A stretch of 64,000 bases of DNA, taken from IMG/VR virus record IMGVR_UViG_3300020186_000396, positions 1 through 64,000 of that record. The stretch is one strand, 5' to 3'. The notes under the pieces were generated by a model. That model saw only the letters and a list, made by a program, of their open reading frames with translations, searched no databases and had not been told where the DNA came from. Below, piece after piece: positions 28,672 through 38,637 of the stretch. Source of the DNA: a virus. The position numbers and the translations under genes were made by a program. Positions within the stretch are counted from its first letter, which is position 1. Each line of letters opens with the position of its first letter.

Positions 28672-29485
28672 TATAAGCTGCCCAGTACCTGTAGCTTTTA
28701 ACTAGATCTTCTTCATTTTTGACCTGGGTACTGTTTAGTAAAGTTTGCCACGCTTCAAAATTTTCTACTTCTTCGGGAGTACCGAAGACCGTCACGTGAT
28801 CGGTCGGAAAACATGTGACCTTTAATCCGTCTTTGATTAGTAGATTGTACACCAGCGTTACGTAGTGCTCGCCGTTGTAGTTCACGTTCTGATCGATGGC
28901 GGCCTGGAAATACTTCTTAACGTCAGAACCCCTTCTGAAATAGTATGTGCCGGTACTTGCCTGCTCATTCATCGGATTGTTCGTGTACGGCTCTTTCTCT
29001 TTGATTTCGGAGACGACGAGGTACTGTTCTTTGATGTGAGCCATGAACGTCGGGCTCAATCGATGAGGATGAAACCCGCCGTGACTCAGAATACAACCAT
29101 CGCTACCCATTCTCTTAACCCAAATTTTGAACTGTTCGTAGTCCCAAAGATATGGATTATCACAGTAACAGATGATTACCTCCTCATCGTCCTTGATGTA
29201 CGATTCGTAATCGGTAGTCATGACCGTATGAATCGGGCCTTTCTTGTGATTTGGAATCGAGAAGATGGTGCAGCCAGGAGCCATTTCTGTAAGGACAGCA
29301 TGCATGTCCGTAGTGTGCAGATGCGTATCGTTGCAGATGAACACGAACTCATCTGTAGGGTCGAACATTTCGTAGATGTATTGGATGATACGTTTACCGT
29401 TTACTTTTATCAACGGCTTTGGGTCAGTGTACCCGGCACGCACAAAACGATCGCCAGTTCCGGCCATCGGTATTACTATTTTCAT
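28649..29485 (-). CDS. Sugar-phosphate nucleotidyltransferase
   Basis: IPMAGTGDRF..AGY..PKPLI, YCD, EK, FGTPEE. Confidence 0.88.
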   Translation of the reverse strand: MKIVIPMAGTGDRFVRAGYTDPKPLIKVNGKRIIQYIYEMFDPTDEFVFICNDTHLHTTDMHAVLTEMAPGCTIFSIPNHKKGPIHTVMTTDYESYIKDDEEVIICYCDNPYLWDYEQFKIWVKRMGSDGCILSHGGFHPHRLSPTFMAHIKEQYLVVSEIKEKEPYTNNPMNEQASTGTYYFRRGSDVKKYFQAAIDQNVNYNGEHYVTLVYNLLIKDGLKVTCFPTDHVTVFGTPEEVENFEAWQTLLNSTQVKNEEDLVKSYRYWAAYNAKRNSQ

Positions 29486-30945
29486 AATGCTTTCCTATAC
29501 TTCTCTGACTCTAGGTTTTTTAAGAAATGAACTTGTTCTGCCGTAAGATATCGTATCGTACCAACTTCGTGTCCGATTAACCCTATATAGTTATGAGCTG
29601 CTCGTATTTCCTTTTTGGATTCCTCGTTTAAAAAAACCGTAGCATCTGGAAAGAGATATTCTGGTGACTCGATGATATCGTCATTAAATTTCAAATCGAA
29701 TTCACCATAGTGTTCGATAACCTTCTCTAAACAGTTCTTTGCCCTAGTGGTTATGTCAGCCAATAACGTTTGAGCTTCTTGCGGGTCATTCGACGAAATG
29801 ATGATTCCGTGGTTCTCAAGGAAGAAAATCTTTTTAGCCAGGTCGCATGTTTTAATCGCTTCGAATAAACTGTAGCCAGGATGAGAGTATGGAATGTACT
29901 CGTAATCATATTCTGAATACAACTGTTTCATTAACTCTTTTGAGTTCTCAAGACACAAAAGCGTTGTTAAATAAATAGGATGAACGTGTATGACGTATTT
30001 GTCCAGTAAAGAGTGGAAACCGGTCTCCATAGATGGTCGTTTGTACTTTTCTGAAACGACGCTGCCGATTACCAATTCATCGAAAATTTCGGCAGATGAC
30101 AACGCAAAAATGTTTGGCCTAACAACAGAGTATCCGCCTAATTTGTAAACATCTTTAAGATTGAATCCGGATGATTTGATGACCATATAGTCCTGAACCT
30201 TGACGGATATGTTTCCTCCGCCGTTCTGACACATGTTAAGATCTTTTCCTATCGTTTCTGAAAGGTAAACGAACTTATTAAATTCAGCTATGTACGTCTC
30301 TATAAATGCAAACAGTTCTTTATTCACTTCATTGTTGAAGTGGATCTGGGTAACCAGTTTGATCTTTTCGTTTCGATTACCGATGTGTGTAATCGGGCGT
30401 TCGGTTGTCAGCCTGATGACAACGTCAGCTATGGCCATCTGGGCCTGTCTTATTTTGTAGCTGTCTACTCGGCGTTTGTTGATGGCATCGAGAGCAGAAT
30501 TGTACGTGTAACCGCGCTCCTCGGTATCTCTGATAATTTTCCAGTGAACTCGTAGCGTCTCATCTGTGTCGACAAAGATTTTTAATCCAAGAAGATCTTT
30601 ACTTGTTTCTGTGTAAAATGCGTGAAGCCCTTCAATAATTACCGTGGCTTTAGGAATGATTTTAGTGGGCGGATCGAAATGGCCCGTCTTATGATTGTAG
30701 ACCGAGCGGTAGATCGGTTTCCCTTGTGCCAGATCGGCCAAGTGCATATCACCAAGCTCCAGGTTATTAGCGTCTGGATTAAGATGCGTTATTTCATTCC
30801 ACATCTTACTGGTGCGCTCCCACTTATGCAGGTCGTCGGTACTTAGTATCGTCGTTTCCTGAACACCAAAAAACAGAGACACTATCTCTGCTATATTTGA
30901 TTTACCAACACCTGATTCTCCAGCAATGCCAATGATATTAATCAT
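29482..30945 (-). CDS. Phosphoribulokinase/uridine-kinase domain fused to a class II aldolase/epimerase domain
   Basis: GESGVGKS, DDLHKW.R, YNH.TG.F, IEGLH, RD..ERG; GGNIS.K, PSMET.FH, H.HP, LENHG. Confidence 0.85.
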   Translation of the reverse strand: MINIIGIAGESGVGKSNIAEIVSLFFGVQETTILSTDDLHKWERTSKMWNEITHLNPDANNLELGDMHLADLAQGKPIYRSVYNHKTGHFDPPTKIIPKATVIIEGLHAFYTETSKDLLGLKIFVDTDETLRVHWKIIRDTEERGYTYNSALDAINKRRVDSYKIRQAQMAIADVVIRLTTERPITHIGNRNEKIKLVTQIHFNNEVNKELFAFIETYIAEFNKFVYLSETIGKDLNMCQNGGGNISVKVQDYMVIKSSGFNLKDVYKLGGYSVVRPNIFALSSAEIFDELVIGSVVSEKYKRPSMETGFHSLLDKYVIHVHPIYLTTLLCLENSKELMKQLYSEYDYEYIPYSHPGYSLFEAIKTCDLAKKIFFLENHGIIISSNDPQEAQTLLADITTRAKNCLEKVIEHYGEFDLKFNDDIIESPEYLFPDATVFLNEESKKEIRAAHNYIGLIGHEVGTIRYLTAEQVHFLKNLESEKYRKAL

Positions 30946-31849
30946 CTTGCTGTTTTCTAAATGGGCAGCAGTTTAATAAATCATCTATACTAATAGATAA
31001 TTTATGAACGAATGCTAATTTCATTAGTTCGTTTTTTGTTAGAGGAAGGCTCCACCCAGGATATACTTCGCTCACCATTTCTCTTAAATCAATTTGTTGG
31101 TATTGCTTCTCGGTACAGCTTAAAAAATCCTGGTACTTAAATCCGTCGCCAACCATTTTATTAGAAAATTTAACTGAAACGGTTGGTATGCCGTAGGCAA
31201 CGGCAGCCACTAATCCGTGCAGCGTACTGGTAATTAAAGTTTCGCATTCACAAATTCTATTGATGATATTTTCTATGTCTCCCATGCTATTTATGATCGT
31301 GATACCATCATCCTCTGAGTAAGCCTCAGATACTAAATAATAATCGACCCAAGATACCATTATTCCTACGTCGTATTTTTTAGATACATTAGGAGTATAG
31401 AATCTTGGTAGTAAGAGGCCTGGGTCGCCGATTGCGACCGGTTCATGTCCGCTTAGTTTAACTAAGTTTTTTGAAAGCAGGCCGCGCGTAGCGATGATAC
31501 GAAAATCCTCCGAAGGAGGGGAAAATCGCGTAGGGTCTAAATCTGATGTGAATGCGCTACCGCTTCCCCATACGATTCCGCTTTTAACATTATAACTTAG
31601 AAGGCTGCCCGTTACCATAACCAATGATGGGTCAGAATTGTCGGGCACAAACTTTGCTTTTTCTCCGCTTATTTTTTCAATTAAATAAGGCGTAAGAGCA
31701 TCTCCAAAATTCGTACAATGATGCCAGTAAGATTTGATTGATTTCAAATCTTCTACTACGGCTTCTGTGGATACGGCTTCTGTGGATACGGCTTCTGTGG
31801 ATACGGCTTCTGTGGATACGGCTTCTAAATCGGTGATAACATCACTCAT
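30938..31849 (-). CDS. Polysaccharide pyruvyl transferase family protein
   Basis: NFGD.L, GS, WGSG, RG..S, GDPGLL, STLHG...A.AYGIP. Confidence 0.85.
   Translation of the reverse strand: MSDVITDLEAVSTEAVSTEAVSTEAVSTEAVVEDLKSIKSYWHHCTNFGDALTPYLIEKISGEKAKFVPDNSDPSLVMVTGSLLSYNVKSGIVWGSGSAFTSDLDPTRFSPPSEDFRIIATRGLLSKNLVKLSGHEPVAIGDPGLLLPRFYTPNVSKKYDVGIMVSWVDYYLVSEAYSEDDGITIINSMGDIENIINRICECETLITSTLHGLVAAVAYGIPTVSVKFSNKMVGDGFKYQDFLSCTEKQYQQIDLREMVSEVYPGWSLPLTKNELMKLAFVHKLSISIDDLLNCCPFRKQQDD
31757..31826. repeat. 15-bp tandem repeat, ~4.7 copies, encoding EAVST
   Basis: TACGGCTTCTGTGGA x4 plus a 10-bp partial copy. Confidence 0.97.
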
Positions 31850-31863
31850 ATCAAAATGGCGTT

Positions 31864-33075
31864 TTATCCTATAATTTCAAACTTCGGACAAGGAACAATA
31901 AACTTTCCGCCATTTTGGAGATAGTCTTGTTCGCGACTGACGAATTCATTAATAAAATGCCAAGGAAGAACTAACAGATAATCTGGCCTAGCTTTTCTCA
32001 TTTCGTCTTCTGAGAAGATCGGAATATTGGTTCCGACTGTCTTGAGGCCAAATTTGTACGGACTGCGCTCAGCAATACCATCAATCAACGTATGATCGAG
32101 TCCGAAAAATTGCAGAAGCGTGTTACCTTTGGTCGAAGCGCCATAGCCCCAAACGGTTTTGCCCTTAGCTTTAGCTTCTTTGATGAAGGCAACGGTAGTG
32201 TATTTTAGTTCTTCGATTTTTGAATAGAACTCATCCCAAGTGTAAAAGCTATCTAGGCCCTGCGTTTTCTCATAAGCTAACAAAGACGCTACCCTCATGT
32301 TACAAACATCTCGATGAGGCTGGGATGCAAACTTTTTGACGTCTCCGATCGTCTTCATCGCATAAACTCTGAACGAACCGCCGTTGATGTCGTTGAGTTG
32401 ACAGTCTACAATCTTGAATCCGTTTCGCTCGAACAGTGATTTCAAATTGAACAAAGAATAGTAATAGATGTGCTCGTGACAGATATTGTCAAATGCCATT
32501 TGTTTAATCATCAGCGGAGTATAGCTGAGCTGCAATACCCAAAGCCCATCATCTTCTAGAACTTCGGCTACGTCTTTAATGAAAACGTCTGGCTGATCTA
32601 GATCGTAAAACATCGCTATAGATGTAACTACTTTGGCCTTTAGATGGCCGAATTTAGATTCCTTGAATACTTTGGCTCCGAAATAATTCTGAATTACGTA
32701 ATCGCAATGTTTCTCGGCCTCATGTTTGAAAGAATCATCGGCCGGGTCAATACCGATCTTCTTCATGTCTGGGAGAAAACTAAGCAGCGTTCCGTCGTTG
32801 CTGGCGATATCAATCCAGAGGTCTTCCTTATTGACCTTGACAACTTTCATGATGGAATCGACGATGTCTTTTAGCTCGTTCTTCATCGTTGCGTTGATAC
32901 CAGATCTGTACCAATACTTTCCGTACATCGTGTCCATCGGAGCACATTTCTCTAATCGAACGGCACCGTGATCATCGAGCAATAGTTTCATTTCAACTTT
33001 GTCGTTTCGAGGTTCCTCGTTTGGCGCAAGGAAATCTGAAACGTATAGCTCGCCTAAAGTAAACAATTCTTTCAT
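31864..33075 (-). CDS. NDP-hexose C-methyltransferase family protein
   Basis: YWYRSG, DIASNDGTLL, HEHI.YYS, GGS.R, YGASTKGNTLL. Start set at the ATGA overlap, 33075. Confidence 0.88.
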   Translation of the reverse strand: MKELFTLGELYVSDFLAPNEEPRNDKVEMKLLLDDHGAVRLEKCAPMDTMYGKYWYRSGINATMKNELKDIVDSIMKVVKVNKEDLWIDIASNDGTLLSFLPDMKKIGIDPADDSFKHEAEKHCDYVIQNYFGAKVFKESKFGHLKAKVVTSIAMFYDLDQPDVFIKDVAEVLEDDGLWVLQLSYTPLMIKQMAFDNICHEHIYYYSLFNLKSLFERNGFKIVDCQLNDINGGSFRVYAMKTIGDVKKFASQPHRDVCNMRVASLLAYEKTQGLDSFYTWDEFYSKIEELKYTTVAFIKEAKAKGKTVWGYGASTKGNTLLQFFGLDHTLIDGIAERSPYKFGLKTVGTNIPIFSEDEMRKARPDYLLVLPWHFINEFVSREQDYLQNGGKFIVPCPKFEIIG

Positions 33076-34013
33076 TTTTCGTCCTTCATCATTATCGATA
33101 TCAAATCTTCGACCGAGTGTTTTGGTGTCCACTTTAGCTCTCTGGTAATCTTATTTATGTCAGCTCTCAGTATTGGGCGTTCTGGTCTAAGCAGCGTATT
33201 ATCAATGTCTATATAATCGGCGAAATTCAAATTCACATGCTCAAACGACCTTTGAATGAATTCTTTCGTAGAAGTTAGTGCCCCAGTACCTATAACGTAG
33301 TCGGTCGGATAACGGTTAGTCATCATTAAATGAACTGCTTCCATAAAGTCTGGAGCATAACCGTAATCCCTCATATCAAAAAGATTACCTATCTTCAGTC
33401 TTTCTTTGCTTCCGGCACTTATTTGTTTAGCGATTGTAGTTACCTTCTTGGTAAAGAAACCGCTACCTCGGCGTGGGCTTTCATGATTGAAGAATATTCC
33501 AGAGCAACAAAACATTCCAAATGTCTCGCGAAAGGCTCTCACCATATTGTCAGCATAAAGTTTTGCTGCGCTGTATGGTAATGTAGGTCTCGGATAAGTC
33601 ATTTCATCTTGCCATCCGGAACTATCATTGCCAAAAATCAAACACGATGATGCCTGAAAATACTTAATTTCTTTATTTACTTTCCGTATCGTTTCCATTA
33701 TAATTTGTGGAACATTAGCATTAAGCTGAAATGTTTGTTCAACATCTGTCCACGGATCGAAAATATTCGTAACTCCAGCAAAATTGTAAATCTCATCTGG
33801 TGAATGAGTTTTAATATAAAAATCCCAATCTACTGGGTTTGAAATGTTCATTGGTAAAATTTGAATAGATGGAACAAGGCTTTTCAGCCAGGCAATCTTG
33901 TTTGGGTCACTGTTGTATTTAACTACTCCGTACACTTCATAATTTTTAGAATCTAATAGTTCAGCTAGGTAGCTACCATCCTGGCCTAATGCTCCAACTA
34001 TGAACGCCTTCAT
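33072..34013 (-). CDS. GDP-mannose 4,6-dehydratase-like SDR (divergent paralog)
   Basis: GQDGSYL, YNFA, PYSAAK, FNHESPRR, RDYG.A.D. Confidence 0.85.
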   Translation of the reverse strand: MKAFIVGALGQDGSYLAELLDSKNYEVYGVVKYNSDPNKIAWLKSLVPSIQILPMNISNPVDWDFYIKTHSPDEIYNFAGVTNIFDPWTDVEQTFQLNANVPQIIMETIRKVNKEIKYFQASSCLIFGNDSSGWQDEMTYPRPTLPYSAAKLYADNMVRAFRETFGMFCCSGIFFNHESPRRGSGFFTKKVTTIAKQISAGSKERLKIGNLFDMRDYGYAPDFMEAVHLMMTNRYPTDYVIGTGALTSTKEFIQRSFEHVNLNFADYIDIDNTLLRPERPILRADINKITRELKWTPKHSVEDLISIMMKDEK

Positions 34014-34267
34014 TTTTTGCCGTACATCTTCGTGGACCCTTGCTTGTAAAGCTTCTGTACGGATCCTGTCTTCACCATTTCGTTTATCGACTCATCTATT
34101 TCTTGAATCAGATCATTACGTTGCGAATTAGCAATATTTGTTAGGCGAGTGGCGTCTGCTATCTGTTTATCGGTAGCGTCTGCATTTCTTTTAATGTCTT
34201 CAGCCATCCAGATTCTGATGTTAACAATTGTTAAAGAGTCTATCAAATTTCCTATCGAGATTTTCAT
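34010..34267 (-). CDS. Small helical protein (DUF4254-like)
   Basis: SIG.LIDSLTI.NI.IW..ED...N.QRN.LI.EID; start at ATG 34267. Confidence 0.6.
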   Translation of the reverse strand: MKISIGNLIDSLTIVNIRIWMAEDIKRNADATDKQIADATRLTNIANSQRNDLIQEIDESINEMVKTGSVQKLYKQGSTKMYGKK

Positions 34268-34310
34268 ACAGTTGAATATAACGATCTTAGATGTTGTTAT
34301 AATGTTATGT

Positions 34311-35312
34311 ATGAAGACAGCGTGCATTACTGGAATCACTGGACAAACAGGCTCTTATATATGTGAATTGCTTTTGGCTAAGGGTTATAAGGTCCACGGA
34401 TTAAAAAGACGAAGTAGCTCTCTTAATACCGAACGTTTAGACCACATTTACCTGGATCCGCATCAGGGCTCGAATTTAGAGTTGACTTATGGTGATTTGG
34501 CTGATTACTCTTCACTATCTAGCTGGGTTGGCGATATTAAACCGGATTTATTCTTTAACATGGCCGCTCAAAGCCACGTCCGTGTAAGCTTCGATGTCCC
34601 TGAATATACGATGGATGTAACTGGCACTGGCGTTATGCGCGTGCTAGAAGCCATTCGCAAGTACAGCCCTAAAACTAGATTTTTAACAGCATCTAGTTCT
34701 GAGATGTTCGGATCATCCCCTCCGCCTCAAAATGAGGACACTAAATTTAGGCCGCGGTCGCCATACGGAGTAGCTAAGGTCGCCGGTTACTACGCCACTG
34801 TAAATTATCGAGAGGCTTACGGGTTGCACGCTTGTAACGCCATTTCTTTCAATCACGAGTCAAGCAGACGTGGTGAGACCTTTGTTACGCGTAAAATCAC
34901 AAGAGCCGCGACGCGAATCAAACTAGGCCTTCAACAGAAGCTGTACCTCGGTAATATGGATTCCAAACGCGATTGGTCTCATGCGTTCGACGTAGCTGAC
35001 GCGATGTACAAAATCATCAGCGCCGATAAGGCTGACGACTTCGTCATCTCAAGCGGAGAGATGCACTCTGTTGAAGAGTTCGCGCAGGTTGCCTTCGACA
35101 AATTTGGACTGGACTATAACGACTATATCGAATTCGATGCGCGGTACCTACGTCCATCTGAGGTCGACGCGTTGCTCGGCGATTCTACAAAACTTAGAGA
35201 TGAGCTTGGTTGGAAGCCCAAATACAATTTCAAATCATTAGTTGACGAGATGCTCGAAGGCGATATGGAACTTGCGCGGCAGGAGCTGGTTTTGAAAGAA
35301 AACGCCAAATGA
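34311..35312 (+). CDS. gmd: GDP-mannose 4,6-dehydratase
   Basis: GITGQ.GSY, AAQSHV..SF, ASSSEMFG, SPYGVAK, FNHES.RRGETFVTRKI. Confidence 0.95.
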   Translation: MKTACITGITGQTGSYICELLLAKGYKVHGLKRRSSSLNTERLDHIYLDPHQGSNLELTYGDLADYSSLSSWVGDIKPDLFFNMAAQSHVRVSFDVPEYTMDVTGTGVMRVLEAIRKYSPKTRFLTASSSEMFGSSPPPQNEDTKFRPRSPYGVAKVAGYYATVNYREAYGLHACNAISFNHESSRRGETFVTRKITRAATRIKLGLQQKLYLGNMDSKRDWSHAFDVADAMYKIISADKADDFVISSGEMHSVEEFAQVAFDKFGLDYNDYIEFDARYLRPSEVDALLGDSTKLRDELGWKPKYNFKSLVDEMLEGDMELARQELVLKENAK

Positions 35313-36232
35313 AGATTTTAGTAACGGGTGCCGGTGGATTTTTAGGACATCATTTGCTTAAAGAGCTGAGGGCAGTTAATCCTAAAACTTTTATATTATC
35401 GCCTCGAAGTGCTCAATTAGATTTACTAGACAGAGATTCTACATGCGATTATGTGGGCGCACGCGCGCCTGATGTTATACTTCACATGGCCGCTCTATGC
35501 GGAGGAATTTTAGCAAACCAGAATAGCCCGGCAGATTTTCTTCATGCTAATGTGGATATGGCAACAAACATTTTTTATGCCGCTAAAGAGTCGGGCTGTA
35601 AATCTGTGTACAGTCTTGGTAGCGTATGTGCCTATCCTAAATTCTGCCCAGTGCCATTCAAAGAGGATAATCTATGGGATGGATACCCTGAAGAGACCAA
35701 CGCTCCGTACGGAATGGCTAAACGTCTTCTTATGATGCTAGGACAGACGTACCGACAGCAGTATGGATTCACTGGTGCGCATTTCATTCCAGTAAACATG
35801 TATGGCGAACACGATCATTTTGATTTGGTAAACAGTCATGTTATTCCGGCATTGTTAAACAAATTCGTTACCGGAGTTAAAAATAACTCTGCTTACGTTG
35901 AATGTTGGGGTACCGGAGAAGCTACGCGCGAATTCCTTTACGCGGGGGATTGTGTACAGGCCATTGTTCAAGCGGTGACGACCGGATTTGATTGTGCTGA
36001 GCCGATCAATCTCGGAACCGGGCAAAACATCTCGATACGGGATTTAGCATATTTAATTAAAGACATTACTGGATTCACAGGAGAAATTGTTTTTAATGGA
36101 ACGGTATCTGACGGGCAACCAAAACGTATGCTTGACGTATCAAGGGCTCATAAATATCTGAGCTGGAATGCCACAACAACATTACGTGAAGGCATCAAAA
36201 AAACTTACGAATGGTATAAGGCTACACGATGA
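35309..36232 (+). CDS. fcl: GDP-L-fucose synthase
   Basis: GGI.AN, S.CAYP, YGMAK, SHVIPAL, WGTG..TREF, DGQPKR. Confidence 0.93.
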   Translation: MKILVTGAGGFLGHHLLKELRAVNPKTFILSPRSAQLDLLDRDSTCDYVGARAPDVILHMAALCGGILANQNSPADFLHANVDMATNIFYAAKESGCKSVYSLGSVCAYPKFCPVPFKEDNLWDGYPEETNAPYGMAKRLLMMLGQTYRQQYGFTGAHFIPVNMYGEHDHFDLVNSHVIPALLNKFVTGVKNNSAYVECWGTGEATREFLYAGDCVQAIVQAVTTGFDCAEPINLGTGQNISIRDLAYLIKDITGFTGEIVFNGTVSDGQPKRMLDVSRAHKYLSWNATTTLREGIKKTYEWYKATR

Positions 36233-37023
36233 CAGATGGAGATGCTGATGGTATCAGACAGCCTGACCCTAACTATGTCTGGCCGCCAGACCATGATGGC
36301 ACGGCCATCATGATGGTCACGTATAATCGTTTAGAGTTAACGAAGAGAATGCTTAATTCTCTTTTCGCTAATACTCACGGCCCTTATAGATTGATTGTAG
36401 TTGACAATGGATCAACAGACGGAACTGTTGAATGGCTAAAAGAATGTAAAGAGGGGGGCAGTGTTTTTTGGGATCTTCAATTGAATCCTAAAAACATGGG
36501 TATCGCTATCGGTCGCAACCAATGTTTGCAGCTTGCTAAGAAATACAATTCTGCCTACTTATCAACCGTTGACAATGACGTAGAGTTTCCTGAAGACTGG
36601 CTTAGAAAATGTGTGGATGTTATTAAAGCAAATCCAAATTTTGCAATTGGATTGAACATGGAAGGAATAAAGTATCCGCTCATAACCTTAAAACAAAAAC
36701 AGTTCCAGTTAAAAAAGCATGGTAATCTAGGAACAGCCTGTACTGTTTTCCATAGAGAACTGCATGATAAGATTGGTTATTTTATAACTGAATTTGGTTT
36801 GTATGGCGAAGAAGACGCCGATTTCTTTTATAGGGCACGCATCGCTGGATTCAAGATGGGCTATCTTTTAGAGATGGGCACGCATTTCGGTGAAGGTGCA
36901 TTGGATGAGGGTACTTATCGTGCGTTTAAAAGTGAAAACCATCGTAAAAATTTACCCAAATTCAGATCTAATTGTGCGGAATATTCAAGCGGGAAACGAC
37001 CCATCTACATAAAATTCGGATGA
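36229..37023 (+). CDS. GT2 family glycosyltransferase
   Basis: VTYNR, VVDNGSTDGT, DND, EDAD. Confidence 0.9.
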   Translation: MTDGDADGIRQPDPNYVWPPDHDGTAIMMVTYNRLELTKRMLNSLFANTHGPYRLIVVDNGSTDGTVEWLKECKEGGSVFWDLQLNPKNMGIAIGRNQCLQLAKKYNSAYLSTVDNDVEFPEDWLRKCVDVIKANPNFAIGLNMEGIKYPLITLKQKQFQLKKHGNLGTACTVFHRELHDKIGYFITEFGLYGEEDADFFYRARIAGFKMGYLLEMGTHFGEGALDEGTYRAFKSENHRKNLPKFRSNCAEYSSGKRPIYIKFG

Positions 37024-37027
37024 CGAG

Positions 37028-37387
37028 TTGCTTAGTTTACAATCACAACAAGCTTTTATGATCGCGCCACGTTTAACCCCATGGGAAAAGTACAGCGCTC
37101 GCGAATGGCGCCGAAGCGTCGTTACCGAATACGGTAACGTACCGCTCGTCCGTTGTTGGGGTCGCAACAAGCACGGTGTGGCCGAGTGGACCTGGGCAAC
37201 GTTGACGCCTGGATTTCAGGCTATCCCTCCGGAATATTTCAAATCCAAAGTCTCCAAATTTTTGACGCCGTATCATGTGAAAAACACCGTCTTCGTACGT
37301 AAATGTGATGCATTGATTCAAGCCGATGACCTCATGAGAGGTGCCGGGCTTTTGTTATTAAAAAATAAACACTTAGCATTCCTATGA
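37028..37387 (+). CDS. Hypothetical protein (paralog family with 11616/11999)
   Basis: TPW...WTW...QADDLM pattern. Confidence 0.6.
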   Translation: MLSLQSQQAFMIAPRLTPWEKYSAREWRRSVVTEYGNVPLVRCWGRNKHGVAEWTWATLTPGFQAIPPEYFKSKVSKFLTPYHVKNTVFVRKCDALIQADDLMRGAGLLLLKNKHLAFL

Positions 37388-37836
37388 AATTAACTTTGGA
37401 CTTGGTACCATCTTCGTCTTGGTTTAATAATGTACGCGCAGTTGTAACTGTACAGCAGTGGGATACTTTAAGACATAAAGTCTATTCAAAAGCTGCTAGT
37501 GTTTGTGAAATTTGCGGTGGTGTTGGTAGAAATCATCCAGTTGAATGCCATGAAATTTGGCATTACGATGACGTTAAATTAATCCAGCGTCTAACTGGTA
37601 TGATTGCTTTATGTCCCAATTGTCACATGGTAAAACATTTCGGCCTTGCTCAGATTCAAAATCGGGAAGCCCAAGCACTTAGACATTTAATGCGTGTTAA
37701 TAACATTACACGCACTGAAGCCGAAGCTCATATAAATGACGCCTTTCAAATTTGGCAAAACCGAAGTTCCAAATCTTGGACATTAGATATTCTTCATTTA
37801 GAAGAGTATGGAATTGATATTAAAACATTACGATGA
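37384..37836 (+). CDS. HNH endonuclease-like protein
   Basis: CEICG, ECHE.W, ALCPNCH..KH. Confidence 0.85.
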   Translation: MKLTLDLVPSSSWFNNVRAVVTVQQWDTLRHKVYSKAASVCEICGGVGRNHPVECHEIWHYDDVKLIQRLTGMIALCPNCHMVKHFGLAQIQNREAQALRHLMRVNNITRTEAEAHINDAFQIWQNRSSKSWTLDILHLEEYGIDIKTLR

Positions 37837-37848
37837 TATACTCTACGT

Positions 37849-38637
37849 ATGGCCATTCATACCTTAAAAGATAGAATCAACAGCTATCGCGATGCTTGCT
37901 CTCAGAAGCTTTTGCGTCGATTGCCTGTTGTCATCAACGTGAATGGTAGGGGTTTCCGCAGAGTTACGTCAATGATTGAGAAACCGTTCTCTGCCGATTT
38001 GGCAAACGTGATGTGCGCAACAGCTGTCAAACTCTGCCACGAGATTGATGGCGCTGTGTTTGCTTATACGTTCAATGATGACATCACAATCATTACTAGA
38101 AACGATCAGTCTTATGAAACGCAACCGTGGTTTCAGAATGATGTACAAAAAATTGTATCGGCCGCGTCATCTATTGCAACGCTTGAATTTAGCAATGCAG
38201 CCAAAGAAGTGGGTCTTGGCTCGCTTGCTGAAGCTATGTTCACCTCTCATGCGTTTACAGTTCCGTCGCTCACCGAGGCAATCAATGTGCTGATTGCCAA
38301 GCAACAGTTGGCGTCTCAATCGGCTCTTAACTTTTCTGTATTCTATGAGTTGACAGAAAAGTACGGTGATGATGCGATTGAGATTTTGCAAAACAGAACG
38401 CCAGATGACAAAGAAGAACTTCTTGAAGAGTGTGGAAGAAGCTTCAGTGCATACCCGGCTCCATTCAGACGAGGAGTGGCGTGTTATCGCTCACCTACTC
38501 TGGTAAACTCAAAAGATGGTGGCATTATCAAAAACAAATGGGTAATCGATCCTGATCTTCCGCTGTTTTCTAAAGACCAGGCCTTTCTTACAAATATATT
38601 TAAAACCGGCTCTGACATCATCAGAGCTGGACACTAA
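37849..38637 (+). CDS. Thg1-like protein, degenerate paralog
   Basis: VINVNGRGF, YTFNDDIT, WF....QKIVS, FRRG. Confidence 0.82.
   Translation: MAIHTLKDRINSYRDACSQKLLRRLPVVINVNGRGFRRVTSMIEKPFSADLANVMCATAVKLCHEIDGAVFAYTFNDDITIITRNDQSYETQPWFQNDVQKIVSAASSIATLEFSNAAKEVGLGSLAEAMFTSHAFTVPSLTEAINVLIAKQQLASQSALNFSVFYELTEKYGDDAIEILQNRTPDDKEELLEECGRSFSAYPAPFRRGVACYRSPTLVNSKDGGIIKNKWVIDPDLPLFSKDQAFLTNIFKTGSDIIRAGH

Noticed and set aside
34149-34339. Long N-terminal extensions of gmd and its divergent neighbour
   Set aside because: Mutually overlapping antisense extensions; family motifs start at 34311 and 34267
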